Shown: in pieces, positions 37,422 through 47,192 of the stretch
Position numbering within the stretch: the stretch's first letter is position 1
Layout: the number at the start of each line of letters is the position of its first letter
Assembly: GCA_040390045.1 (NCBI GenBank)
Contig: JAZJZC010000001.1
Coordinates: 108,005-172,004, forward strand
Origin: Patescibacteria group bacterium
Lineage (GTDB): Bacteria; Patescibacteriota; Minisyncoccia; Phycocordibacterales; SIBU01
Direction: 5' to 3'
Length of the DNA: 64,000 bases
Program-made: the position numbers and the translations under genes
Notes under the pieces: model-generated
The model's input: the letters and a program-made list of their open reading frames with translations, nothing else
Databases searched by the model: none
Told to the model about the DNA's origin: nothing

Positions 37422-37432
37422 GCAATTTTTCC

Positions 37433-37466
37433 AAAGAAAAAGCGCCGAAATAATTTAGCGGCGCTC
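37433..37466 (-). terminator. Rho-independent terminator on the minus strand.
   Basis: The reverse-complement hairpin gcgccgctaaattatttcggcgc is followed by ttttt. Confidence 0.5.
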
Positions 37467-37640
37467 CGGCAAAAACGAGCGAGTGATTCTTCTCCCATCC
37501 GGACCCTTGGCATGCCGAGAGATCAACCTTTGTTGAAGACGGTGATCAAAGATGGCTGGAATCCTCTCTTTGAGCGCAGCTTGGGAGTTTGGATTTTCTA
37601 CTTCTGGGTTGTTACCTTTTGTCTTCATTTGATACCTCAA
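37455..37640 (-). CDS. Small basic hypothetical protein (61 aa), or a small RNA.
   Basis: The ORF is bracketed by a terminator at its 3' end and sits in a GC-rich patch. No homolog recognised. Confidence 0.25.
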   Translation of the reverse strand: MRYQMKTKGNNPEVENPNSQAALKERIPAIFDHRLQQRLISRHAKGPDGRRITRSFLPERR

Positions 37641-37712
37641 TTTGATCTGTCAAAATTGTAACTTACTATTTCCTACTTTGCTAAAGCTCTTTTTGCACGG
37701 TACAATTATTTA

Positions 37713-38255
37713 ATGACACCGATTGTCCAAAACCCTAATCCTGTTCTACGCAAAGTAGCGAAGGAAGTGCCGGAAAAAACCATAAAAAGCCCTAAAATCA
37801 TTGCTGTTTTAGAAAGGATGAAAGAGGCCCTTGATTCCCAAGAAGACGGCGTGGCCATTGCTGCACCACAAATTGGCGAATCATTGAGAATTTTTGTAAT
37901 CACCGAACGAGCTCTTGAAATTTCAGATGAACTAGCGGAAGGAAAAAAAATCGCTAAGAACCCTGAAAAAGTTTATGGTCATTTGGTTTTTATCAATCCC
38001 GTAATTTCCAAAATTTCGAAAACCAAAGCCGTACTCGAAGAAGGGTGTCTCAGTGTCAGGTATGCCTATGGAAAAGTTAACCGTTCAACCAAGGCCACGG
38101 TCAAAGCGTTCAACGAAAAAGGTGAAAAATTTACACGCGGCGGAAGCGGGCTTTTAGCGCAAATTTTCCAGCATGAAATCGATCATCTCAATGGCATTTT
38201 ATTTATTGATACGGCAAAAGAGGTTAAGGAGGTTCCACCTGAAAAAACTACATGA
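37713..38255 (+). CDS. def: Peptide deformylase.
   Basis: GIAAPQIG, EGCLSV and HEIDHLNG motifs. Confidence 0.9.
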   Translation: MTPIVQNPNPVLRKVAKEVPEKTIKSPKIIAVLERMKEALDSQEDGVAIAAPQIGESLRIFVITERALEISDELAEGKKIAKNPEKVYGHLVFINPVISKISKTKAVLEEGCLSVRYAYGKVNRSTKATVKAFNEKGEKFTRGGSGLLAQIFQHEIDHLNGILFIDTAKEVKEVPPEKTT

Positions 38256-39118
38256 GTACGACACCTCTCAATTACGTTTTTTTCGGAACTCCAGAATTTT
38301 CCACACTTGTCCTCGCTGAACTTTTATCGAAGGGATATTCCCCCGCCTTTGTGGTGACGACTCCCGACAAGCCGGCAGGAAGAGGGCTGGCACTCACGGA
38401 ATCGCCGGTGAAAATTTTTGCGACAAAGCAAAATATTCCGGTATTGCAACCAGAAAAACTCGATGCCGAATTTGTTTCTAATCTCAAAGAAAAAAATCTC
38501 GACCTATGTATTGTGGCGGCATATGGAAAAATTTTGCCAGAATCTCTACTGTCCATTACAAAGTATCCTCCGCTCAACGTGCACCCATCACTGCTTCCAA
38601 AGTATCGCGGTACGTCTCCCGTTGAAAGCCAGATTTTAGCGGATGAAAAAAATATCGGCGTTTCAGTAATTCGCATGGATGAAAAAACCGATCACGGACC
38701 GATCGTTGCCCAAGAAAAAGTGGAAATACCTAACTGGCCGATTTCACGAGATACCTTAAATACTATTTTATGGAAAAAAGGAGGAGCGTTGATTGCGCAG
38801 GCGTTACCGAGCTGGATAGATGGAAGCCTAAAAGAAATTCCTCAAAATCACGACGAGGCCACACCTACACCAAGAACACAAAAAACCGACGGACTCGTTG
38901 AACTTTTAGATTCTGATCGAAAAAATTATCTTAAATATCTTGCGTACGAAGGCTGGCCGGGCACCTATTTTTTTAGTGAGAAAGATGGTAAAAAAATCCG
39001 TGTCATTATCAAAAAAGCGCGCCTTCTTGATGAAAAATTTGTGATCGACACTGTGCTACCTGAAGGGAAAAAAGAAATGGGGTATGAAGATTTTCTTAAG
39101 GGGAAAAAAGTCGGTTAA
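38252..39118 (+). CDS. fmt: Methionyl-tRNA formyltransferase.
   Basis: N-terminal formyltransferase fold (VFFGTPEFS ... NVHPSLLPKYRG). Adjacent to def, with a 4-nt overlap. Confidence 0.8.
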   Translation: MSTTPLNYVFFGTPEFSTLVLAELLSKGYSPAFVVTTPDKPAGRGLALTESPVKIFATKQNIPVLQPEKLDAEFVSNLKEKNLDLCIVAAYGKILPESLLSITKYPPLNVHPSLLPKYRGTSPVESQILADEKNIGVSVIRMDEKTDHGPIVAQEKVEIPNWPISRDTLNTILWKKGGALIAQALPSWIDGSLKEIPQNHDEATPTPRTQKTDGLVELLDSDRKNYLKYLAYEGWPGTYFFSEKDGKKIRVIIKKARLLDEKFVIDTVLPEGKKEMGYEDFLKGKKVG

Positions 39119-39160
39119 AAAATCCCCGTTCCGATGTACATCGGAACGGGGATTTTCTTT
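39117..39160 (+). terminator. Rho-independent terminator after fmt.
   Basis: aaaatccccgttccgatg-tac-atcggaacggggatttt followed by a T-run. Confidence 0.7.
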
Positions 39161-39339
39161 ACTGCTCCTATTTACTCCAACAACTCATTAATCTCTGCTC
39201 TGTGGTCTGGATTATCAAGCTTGCTCAATGCCCCATCCGCGACACGATAGATCGCAGCCGCGATAATAGTTATCGCCAGAAGAAAAAATAAAGAAAGATT
39301 TTTACCCAAACTTTGATGTAGGTTCATTGTAGAAACTAA

Positions 39340-39705
39340 CTATCGGTAAAACCGGCGAAACATATTTTTAATTCTTTGCCCACTTCTTCTGACGAGCGAC
39401 ATCTTTTTTCCTTTGTGCGAACTCAATTCCCTACTTATTTCATCTTTAATGTCATCGATGGCGGTCATCAAATCTTCTTGTTCTGAAACGGCGCGAAAAG
39501 CCTTGCCCCCAATGTGAATATTGATTTCAGCTCTAAAAATATCCCCGGCTTGATGATGTTTAGTGGTTTTGCCGAGTTCAACGTCAATAATATATCCATC
39601 GGCCTCGCTTGGTAAAAATTTCTCAATAGCTCCGAGTCTCTTATACAAATAATCCGACACATCTGGGGTAATTTCTAACCCTGTACCTTTTAAGTTTATT
39701 TTCAT
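39340..39705 (-). CDS. hpf: Ribosome hibernation promoting factor / RaiA.
   Basis: MKINLKGTGLEITPDVSDYLYKRL... typical of the YfiA/HPF family. Confidence 0.75.
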   Translation of the reverse strand: MKINLKGTGLEITPDVSDYLYKRLGAIEKFLPSEADGYIIDVELGKTTKHHQAGDIFRAEINIHIGGKAFRAVSEQEDLMTAIDDIKDEISRELSSHKGKKMSLVRRSGQRIKNMFRRFYR

Positions 39706-39864
39706 ATATTTAGTATAACACGCAGGTTAACTTTACATTACAATCCTCTGTCTCTTAATTTTTCTCTTATTCTTAATTTCCCGATGCTCCGTAATCGGAG
39801 TTCGGGATCCCGACCGTCTTCGCGTCGGGACTTAAATCTTAAATCCTGAATCTTGAATCTTCTG

Positions 39865-41475
39865 CTAGTACACGTCCTCCTGCTTCTCCTTCAAAAAGGA
39901 CACGAAGGCGTCTGAAAATTGGAGCAGAAGTTTGAACGGTGTTTCGATAATAAAATCGAGAACGAAGGCGAATAAATTGATTGAAGAAAATTTTCGAGAA
40001 AGCCACTTGCCGGCTTGGACAATTGGGAGGGCGAAGAGATTAAACATCATAGTGACAATGCGATCTTCCTCAACAGACACTTTCCATTTGTTGGCGCTAT
40101 GGCGAATTCGCAGGGCAAAATAACTAACGAGGGTTAAGAATGAGAGAAACAATAAAATACTCACAATGCTCCAATTAAATTTATTGAGCACAAAGACAAT
40201 GAAACCGAATACGATCAAAAACAAAACCGCGTACATCATGAGGAAGAATGAATAAATCACACCGACGCCTTTGTCTCTCACTTTTATGATTTTAATATTT
40301 TCGCCCGCGATAACATCCCCCACCCCGTGGATTATGGCGCTGGTATTTTTATCTCCCAACGGACGAACAGAAATAGTCATGAACAACAAAAGGGCTGGGT
40401 GGAAAAGAACGTTTGTGGCAATCGGGGCGTACTCGATTCCATGTTCAAAATACCATTGGTACGGCAACTCGATAGCCAGAGCTAAAAGAATTTTGGTAGT
40501 TAAAATAAAAAACACCGCGCGCACTGCGCTCGCGCGCGCTTTCTTGTATTGTTTTAAATAATTTTTTTCCAAAAATTCCCGACTAAAGTGAGCTAACGTT
40601 GCACTATCAATAAACACTCTTTCGGATTCTGCCCCGTAAGCTCTGACCACTTCACGAATGACAGAAAAATAAATGGCGTAATTATTTAATCTAGGCAAAA
40701 GTTTGAAACTGAGCGGATGTTTTAAAGACGCGTGAATGCTGTGCCAAATGGCTGGACAATTTTCCGCAATGTTTTTAATGGCAACATCACTTTCAAGATT
40801 TGGCCATTCTGGAGGAAGGTATCGCAACCAAAATTTATAAAACAAGGTTTCGTCGTCAACGTGGAGTAATCCTCGATAACAGGCAATGGCAACCTGAGAT
40901 TCCAATTCTTCTTCGGAAACTGAGGATCCAACCTTGATAGAATCTTTCACCGTGTCAAAAAAAGCGTCGGCTACAAAATCATCTTCGTTGTTGGGATAAA
41001 AAAAAGCTTCGATCTCACTCGCCATGAGACTGACAATTATTTTCTGGGATCGTGAGGGAGTAAAACTACTTCGTGGTAGAAAATTTTCAATTTTTTTGTA
41101 CTTCCGGATAATTTTTTCCACGTCAACCGCCACCATTTCAGGAATGGAGTTGTTCAACAAATATCGTCCGGCAATAAGTTCTTGGATTAGAGAAAGTCCA
41201 ATTCCCGTACCACCTTCAAAAATAACTTTTCTTTTTATAATTCTCTCGATAGCACTCCGGCGGATATGTCGTTCATCTTTGTAGTCCACCAAATAGCGGA
41301 GCTTTTCATAGGCAGCGCCAGCTTTTTCGGTCAGCTTGTGAACGTTTATCAGAGTGTCGTTTGGAGAATGGGGTATGATCCCCTTCTGAGTCTTCAGCTT
41401 CGTAATCAACGTCTCTATTGGCCTTGAAATCATCGGATTATTATGCCAGATTTTAAAGCAATTTGCTAATTGCAA
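39865..41475 (-). CDS. Hypothetical protein with an N-terminal soluble domain and a C-terminal polytopic membrane domain.
   Basis: 536-aa ORF. The start is possibly at MISRPIETL. No motif recognised. Confidence 0.4.
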   Translation of the reverse strand: MQLANCFKIWHNNPMISRPIETLITKLKTQKGIIPHSPNDTLINVHKLTEKAGAAYEKLRYLVDYKDERHIRRSAIERIIKRKVIFEGGTGIGLSLIQELIAGRYLLNNSIPEMVAVDVEKIIRKYKKIENFLPRSSFTPSRSQKIIVSLMASEIEAFFYPNNEDDFVADAFFDTVKDSIKVGSSVSEEELESQVAIACYRGLLHVDDETLFYKFWLRYLPPEWPNLESDVAIKNIAENCPAIWHSIHASLKHPLSFKLLPRLNNYAIYFSVIREVVRAYGAESERVFIDSATLAHFSREFLEKNYLKQYKKARASAVRAVFFILTTKILLALAIELPYQWYFEHGIEYAPIATNVLFHPALLLFMTISVRPLGDKNTSAIIHGVGDVIAGENIKIIKVRDKGVGVIYSFFLMMYAVLFLIVFGFIVFVLNKFNWSIVSILLFLSFLTLVSYFALRIRHSANKWKVSVEEDRIVTMMFNLFALPIVQAGKWLSRKFSSINLFAFVLDFIIETPFKLLLQFSDAFVSFLKEKQEDVY

Positions 41476-41550
41476 ATACGAAATACAAATTGGTACGAAT
41501 ATACAAATTACAGCATTTGTACTTTTGTATTGATTTGTATTTCGTATTTA
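41473..41550. repeat. TACGAAAT-family repeat cluster with an 18-bp inverted pair.
   Basis: caaatacgaaatacaaat ... atttgtatttcgtattta. Confidence 0.55.
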
Positions 41551-41558
41551 CCTTGAAA

Positions 41559-41786
41559 TTACAGTATTTTATCAACACTCACAATCTTATGCGGACTATG
41601 ATGCCCGCTCACAAGCCTGATCTGAACTCGCTTTTCACCAAATTCTTTTCTCATGAGATCTAAAACTTTACGATTGGCCTGATTTTGTAGCGCTTTCTCT
41701 TTCACAGAAATATCGTAGGAATCTATACCGGTTTTTTGTATGGACTCTTCCCGAGCGTCGGCAACTACGTGAAGCTTTATATACAT
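41559..41786 (-). CDS. DUF167 / YggU-family protein.
   Basis: NQANRKVLDLMRKEFGEKRVQIRLVSGHHSPHKIVSV matches the GxANxxLixxL...ivsGxxsxxKxv pattern. Confidence 0.55.
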   Translation of the reverse strand: MYIKLHVVADAREESIQKTGIDSYDISVKEKALQNQANRKVLDLMRKEFGEKRVQIRLVSGHHSPHKIVSVDKIL

Positions 41787-42113
41787 TTAGAAATTATTTC
41801 ACTTTTTCCTAAACTTTGCTATCATAACGAAGGTTTTAAAAAACCAACATTCCCCGGCCCGCCCGTACCGACACGGCATGTTCGGGCAGGTGGCGCAGTG
41901 TGGCGTGAGCTTGGGGTGGGACCCAAGCGCAAGACCGGAGCGTGACGACGCGAGGAGGGCGAGCAGTAGCGAGTGTCGTGAGACTTCGCGGAATTCGCTA
42001 GCAAGCGAATATCCGTGATGAGCCTGTTAAACGGTTAAAAAATTCATCTATTTTAAACCTTTCTTCTGTTTACGAAATTTTTGCAAACAGATTGAGTTTT
42101 AAAACTCAGACAT

Positions 42114-42188
42114 TCCCCGGTGGCGCAGTGGTAGCGCAGTCGCCTGTTAAGCGATTGGTCGTAGGTTCGAATCCTACCCGGGGAGCCA
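42114..42188 (+). tRNA. tRNA-Asn (anticodon GTT), CCA encoded.
   Basis: Cloverleaf drawn by hand. Acceptor tccccgg/ccgggga, D-arm gcgc-agtggta-gcgc, anticodon stem gtcgc/gcgat with loop cTGTTaa, T-arm gtagg-ttcgaat-cctac, discriminator G, CCA. Confidence 0.85.
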
Positions 42189-43685
42189 AATAGGACTGTC
42201 AGCTAGTTCTAGGACTAGATTGAACGGAGAACGCAAGGTAAACCCTAGCGTTTTTTCGTTTACAGTCGGGTTCTGAAGTATGAAGTTAAGAAAGGCCCTT
42301 TGCTCGGCTGTTTCAGAACCCTCGAAGATTTGTCTTGCACGGCGGGCAACAGAAAGGACAGTGGCCACAGTAGTCTGATACTCGTAGTCGGCTTTTGTAT
42401 GTTCCTCTAGTTCGATGTTAAGAAGCTGCAACTTGTCCGCATACTCTTGATGCTTTCTGTCATAGGTTTCCTTAGTAATACTCTGGTCAAGGAAGGCCTC
42501 TAGTAATCTGTCATCCTTCATTTTGATTTGCTCGTACTCACTGCGGATGCGCTTAATCTGGGCCTTATGAAAGACAATTTCGGTTTCGGTGCTCTTCCGC
42601 AGTTCATCCACCAGCTCGCTCTGTACCTCGTCTGTAATGCCCTCAAACCGCTCCAGTACCTCGTATACAGGCTTGAGCAAGTCCTTTTCAGGTACATACA
42701 CTCTCTTGCAGATACCCTTAGCGTTGGTACAGGAATAATAGGTAAAAGTCAGCCCGCTTTTCTTGGTCTTGGTTTCGCCGCTCATAGAGCAACCACAGTT
42801 TTGACACTTCAGCAGACCCTTAAATATAAAATCTTTGGAGCGACCCATATAAGGCGACACTCGACGCTTCAAACGTATTTCTTGGCACTTATCAAAGAGT
42901 TCTTTATCAACCAAGCGCGGATATTTATGAGGATAGGAACCATACTTTTTCGACATAGCGATGCCACAATAAAAAGTATCCTTGAGGATATTTTCAACAC
43001 CACTCTTCGAGAGTTTGTTACCCTTGAGCGTTCGTAAACCAAGCTCGGTCATTTTGATACGGATAGTTTCAAGCGAGTGGTTTCCTGTCGCGTATAGCTC
43101 AAACATCTTTTGAATGAGATGTCCTCTTTCGGGGTCTATAATTATGTCCTTTCGTAATCTTTTTTCTACATCCAAAGACACATTCAAATAACCCAAACGA
43201 ACACTGCCCGTCCACTCACCACTTCTTCGTTTTTGTTCAAAAGCTCTTTTGACGTTGTCGCCGATTGCATCAGAGTAATACTTGGCCAAACCTAAGCTCA
43301 TACCAAATTGAAACTTCTCAACCGCAGACATCTGATTATTTATAACTTGCCCATCAGATACAAAGTGAAGCTCTATTTTGTCTGCTACCGCCATCTCGTA
43401 GAGGGTGCCAACCCTTTTATCAAAAACGCTTCTTGAAAGGCGGTCTACCTTATCAAAACAAACGGCAACTTTTTCTTTTTTCGCTACCTCTTCAACAGAC
43501 TCAACTAACTTATCAAACTCATCTCTCTTATCTTTGTACGCACTTTCGTCAAAGCTATACTTTTCTATAATCGTAAAGCCTTTCTTAGCACAATAATCGT
43601 TTATGCGCTTATCCTGCGCTGGCAAAGAATTGCCCGCTTCTTTTTGTTCCTCTGTTGATACTCGTGAGACGATTATTGCTTTCAT
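42174..43685 (-). CDS. Large serine recombinase (integrase).
   Basis: N-terminal resolvase domain MKAIIVSRVSTEEQ with the catalytic Ser, a recombinase domain, a zinc-ribbon region (CQNCGC...C) and a C-terminal coiled-coil. 503 aa. Confidence 0.8.
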   Translation of the reverse strand: MKAIIVSRVSTEEQKEAGNSLPAQDKRINDYCAKKGFTIIEKYSFDESAYKDKRDEFDKLVESVEEVAKKEKVAVCFDKVDRLSRSVFDKRVGTLYEMAVADKIELHFVSDGQVINNQMSAVEKFQFGMSLGLAKYYSDAIGDNVKRAFEQKRRSGEWTGSVRLGYLNVSLDVEKRLRKDIIIDPERGHLIQKMFELYATGNHSLETIRIKMTELGLRTLKGNKLSKSGVENILKDTFYCGIAMSKKYGSYPHKYPRLVDKELFDKCQEIRLKRRVSPYMGRSKDFIFKGLLKCQNCGCSMSGETKTKKSGLTFTYYSCTNAKGICKRVYVPEKDLLKPVYEVLERFEGITDEVQSELVDELRKSTETEIVFHKAQIKRIRSEYEQIKMKDDRLLEAFLDQSITKETYDRKHQEYADKLQLLNIELEEHTKADYEYQTTVATVLSVARRARQIFEGSETAEQRAFLNFILQNPTVNEKTLGFTLRSPFNLVLELADSPIWLPG

Positions 43686-43686
43686 A

Positions 43687-44454
43687 TTATTCTTTCGCTT
43701 TTGAGACGTAGTCTACAATTTTATCCCAATCCAACTGGTCTTTTGTGTAGAACAGCTCAATTAAATCTTTCGTCATTTCGTTGATTTTCTTTACGTAGGT
43801 TTCTTTGAAAGTATCGTCTCGTTTCTTCACTTCCTTATCGAGCGGCTTAATCAAGTTTCGATAAAGGTCTTTATCACCAGAAATTAATTCCCAAAAGTTT
43901 TGCCCGCAGAGTTTGGTGTAGTCAAGCTCACTATCTACCTTATGCTTTTTAAGAGGCACGTTATCTTTCCCATAAATACACCCGTTCACACAAACCATTT
44001 CTTGGGTCTTGCCTTCTTCGCGTAGGATACGCCGCGCTTCCTTAAGATTGCTTCTCATACCACTAATCTGGTCAGCGTTTCCCCAATTTGGGCCTGATTT
44101 TATGCCAACAATGTAGAGTTTGTTATCTCTTTCAAAGATTAAGTCCACACTCTTAAACTTATTCTCTTCAGCTTTTAGGCCCTTAAAAACAGTATGATTG
44201 ATATTGATAGCCAGATTCTCTAGCAGGTCTCCAAAAATTGTTTCCTCTTGTGAGGATAGAAACGCGTTTAATATATCGTTTACTAAGTCGCCAGCCGTTT
44301 GTATATTCTTGGCCTTAAATAGGTAGGGATTTTTTCTACGCATCACATCCTTAAGTTTTATGCTCTTCAGCTTCTCTATGCGTTTATCATAGAAAGGTTG
44401 AATCACATCTGATGCTACAAACTTATCCAATTCTTCGTAATTAATTTTTTTCAT
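43687..44454 (-). CDS. Putative type II restriction endonuclease, partner of the adjacent methyltransferase.
   Basis: No clear family match. It is tightly coupled to the methyltransferase gene (2-nt spacing). VDLIFERDNKLYIVGIKSG is a possible PD-(D/E)xK-like segment. Confidence 0.35.
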   Translation of the reverse strand: MKKINYEELDKFVASDVIQPFYDKRIEKLKSIKLKDVMRRKNPYLFKAKNIQTAGDLVNDILNAFLSSQEETIFGDLLENLAININHTVFKGLKAEENKFKSVDLIFERDNKLYIVGIKSGPNWGNADQISGMRSNLKEARRILREEGKTQEMVCVNGCIYGKDNVPLKKHKVDSELDYTKLCGQNFWELISGDKDLYRNLIKPLDKEVKKRDDTFKETYVKKINEMTKDLIELFYTKDQLDWDKIVDYVSKAKE

Positions 44455-44455
44455 A

Positions 44456-45328
44456 TTATTTTTGTGATTCTTGAAAGTTAGTAATTGATAATTCGTAGTA
44501 TTCAGGGAGTATCTCTATACCGATGGAACTTCGCCCTAATTGACCAGCAACAAGAGAGGTAGTGCCAGACCCTAAAAATGGGTCAAGCACGGTATCACCT
44601 GGTTTAGTAAAAAGTTTAATAAACCATTCGGGCAAGGATGCAGGAAAAGCCGCGCTATGGTTTTTATTTCCGCTTTCTGTCGCCATACTTACAACATTAG
44701 TCGGGTATGCCATATCCCGTCCGACCCAACTAGATACATTTTTTCCAAACCCGCTTCCGACTTTTGAATTATCTCTTCGCTTGTCAGTCTCACTTAAGTT
44801 TTTTAAGCGAGTTTTAGCCCAATCTCCCATTGGAACCATAACTTCATCTTGGTACATATTAAAGCTCTTATCCTTATTGAACTGCAACAATCGCTCCCAA
44901 GCATCTCGAAACCTGTTCGGCCATTTACCAGGGAAGCAGTTTTTCTTATGCCAGATAAACTCTTCAGTCCAAAGCCAGCCGTGCTTTCTCATTTCGATAA
45001 TTAACTCCATTACATACGTATGGCGCTCTCCGTTTGAAACCTTTTCTTTTATATTCAAAATAAACGTACCGTCTTTTTTAAGTACCCTCAATAACTCTTT
45101 TGATATTGGAGTAAACCACTCTACATATTTCTCTGGCTTTATACCGCCGTAAGTCTTGGCTCTCTGGTCTGCATAGGGAGGAGAAGTGACAATCAAGTCC
45201 ACTGAATTATCTGGCAATTCTTTGAGTGCCTCGACACAATCACCATTAATAAATCTTGCCTCAACAGATTTATCATTCGCAAAAAGCGTATTTGATTTTA
45301 TTACTTTTGCTTTCATATCTTTTTGCAT
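44456..45328 (-). CDS. DNA methyltransferase (N4-cytosine or N6-adenine, beta class).
   Basis: Motif IV DLIVTSPPY comes before motif I DPFLGSGTT. Confidence 0.8.
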   Translation of the reverse strand: MQKDMKAKVIKSNTLFANDKSVEARFINGDCVEALKELPDNSVDLIVTSPPYADQRAKTYGGIKPEKYVEWFTPISKELLRVLKKDGTFILNIKEKVSNGERHTYVMELIIEMRKHGWLWTEEFIWHKKNCFPGKWPNRFRDAWERLLQFNKDKSFNMYQDEVMVPMGDWAKTRLKNLSETDKRRDNSKVGSGFGKNVSSWVGRDMAYPTNVVSMATESGNKNHSAAFPASLPEWFIKLFTKPGDTVLDPFLGSGTTSLVAGQLGRSSIGIEILPEYYELSITNFQESQK

Positions 45329-45498
45329 TTCTTAAGAAAGGAATTGAACTCCTCTTTATCAATACGAAACTCTTTGCCAATCTTGTAGGCTTGTAACCGA
45401 CCTGCTTTTATATAGCGGTAAATTGTCATAATGTTTACCTCTAGTATCGTTGCCAGGTCTTCCGCTTTATAAAATGGTTTGTCTTTTTTTGTGTCCAT
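45313..45498 (-). CDS. Excisionase/AlpA-like HTH DNA-binding protein.
   Basis: 61 aa. LATILEVNIMTIYRYIKAGRLQAYKIGKEFRI is an excisionase-family HTH. Confidence 0.6.
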   Translation of the reverse strand: MDTKKDKPFYKAEDLATILEVNIMTIYRYIKAGRLQAYKIGKEFRIDKEEFNSFLKKCKKI

Positions 45499-45535
45499 AA
45501 TTACCTAATTATTATACTTTACTTTGCTTTACATA

Positions 45536-46638
45536 TCAATTTGGCACCTGTGGATAATCCCCATACTTATACGTCTTAAACTCATTAAGCTTAGTGTCTA
45601 TTTGCATAACCCAATTCCTAATTCCATTCTTAGTAACAAACTCGCTAACCAGCTTTAAGTCATTGGCAATTCGGTACCAGGTTCGCTCTCCTGATTTTTT
45701 AGAGACTACCGAACGCAGCTCTCTTACTCCATCTTTCGCAAGAAGTAATAATCCTGCGAGATAGATTGCTTGCTTTGGCTTTATATTTTTCTGTTCCATA
45801 AAAATGCTTTGCAAAATATCTTTGTTACTTATGGAAATGGATAGTAGAGCACTGTTTCCTTCTTTGATAACTGCTTGCCAATAATGCGTCACTACCGCCT
45901 TACTCAATTTTGAGCTAAAGACATCTTGGAAAGTTGGATTTTGAGAATAGCCTAACTTCTTAAGTACGCTGTTCATTTTCTGTTTACGAACTAGCCGAAC
46001 TTCAAAACGGATTATTTCTGGCAACCTCTTAACACCTGAAAGGATGCTTCTCTGGTAATAGGTCTGGTCTCTATCAATAGCTCTTTTCTCGCTGGCGAGT
46101 ATGTCTGCGACCTTGTCATAGATAATGAACTCGTGAGATGCGGTATGCGCATACAAGCTTTGGCCGTCATTGGTATAGCGTGAGCGGGTAAAATCAAAAC
46201 CTTTCTAAGATTTACTTTATTTATTTCACTGATTAAATAATTTGTCGTATAGCCATCTTCTAGGTGGATATTCTTTGAGAAGTGCACTGAACTTACTACT
46301 GCATTTTTGATACTCTCTTCGGAGACAATGAGTCCCATTGTTTTAAGACGTTCTTGTAATGTACTGACTGCTTTAGGAAAATCAGCATCTTCTAATTCGT
46401 CCAGGTTATTAAGAAAGAGAAGTTTGGAAACTGAAAACTCTATCCTTACGTTTGCGTTCTGCTTAAACCACTTGCCGTAACTTGTAAGCCGTGGAAAGTA
46501 GTAGCCAGTTTTCAAATCGCTTTTAGAGGGATTCTTTATGTACCTAGAATAGCGCTCGGTTCGTGATTGTAAGTCCCAATCATCCGCGATATTTTGTATC
46601 TCGCTCCAGGGAATTGAAAGGCAGATAGAATCAATCAT
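45536..46638 (-). pseudogene. Rep_trans-like replication initiation protein interrupted by a frameshift (two overlapping ORFs, 46012..46638 and 45536..46156).
   Basis: The downstream part contains HEFIIYDK...RFEVRL, recalled from Rep_trans-type initiators. The two ORFs overlap by 145 nt in different frames. Confidence 0.4.
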
Positions 46639-47107
46639 TTTTCTCTCGTTGCTTCTTATAAAGATGCGGATTTATTCGTTTATCAACTTTTATGAGCAGC
46701 GCAAAAAAGCCGACAAGGTTGCGCTTGTCTTCAGGCGTTAATTTCTCCTGATTCTTTTTTAATTTTTCTTGCTTTTGTACGCTCAACATAAAAGCCCGCT
46801 CTTGGCTTGGCAGGTTTCCATTGGCGTGGCGACCCGCGAAGCCAAGAAAGGGCTTGCGTACATTTTGCCAATGAAATTACCGCCGTTATTTAAGAACGGA
46901 CTTTTGTTTGATAAACAAAAAATTGCCCGTACAATCGCTATCCTCTACTGGGCAGTTGGCAGATATTTCTGCGCTACTTCAGCAATTCGGATACGATTAT
47001 ATTGGGCAATTACGGTTGAGATGGTAGGCGCGGTTTTCTCTCCGCGGCTATGTAATTGATTACTTTAAGTGTAGCGAGACGAAACGGGCGCGTCAATAAA
47101 AAGCGCT

Positions 47108-47168
47108 GTTATACAGTGACCAAGCGCGCCATACTCTGTTATCCAGGATTAAAGTCGGTTATCCACAG
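47108..47168. promoter_or_regulatory. Cluster of DnaA-box-like 9-mers.
   Basis: TGTTATACA at 47108, TGTTATCCA at 47137 and an exact TTATCCACA at 47159-47167. They lie in the divergent region between the Rep-like gene and the AbiEii gene. Confidence 0.4.
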
Positions 47169-47192
47169 AAAGAAAAAACCAGGCCCAAAAAA

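Noticed and set aside
7541-41550. Heptad and TACGAAAAT repeat clusters as CRISPR arrays.
   Set aside because: The units are 7-9 bp, irregular and without unique spacers of constant length. There are no cas genes.
41820-42010. tmRNA, RNase P RNA or SRP RNA in the GC-rich patch next to tRNA-Asn. The same was considered for 53640-53960.
   Set aside because: I could not find the diagnostic motifs on either strand. The missing motifs are the tmRNA 5' GGGG...UUUCGAC and 3' tRNA-like end, RNase P GGAAAGUCCGG, and the SRP domain IV GGAAGCAGCCA.
46769-47059. 96-aa ORF in the Rep upstream region.
   Set aside because: It lies in the putative origin/regulatory region with DnaA-box-like repeats and has no support.
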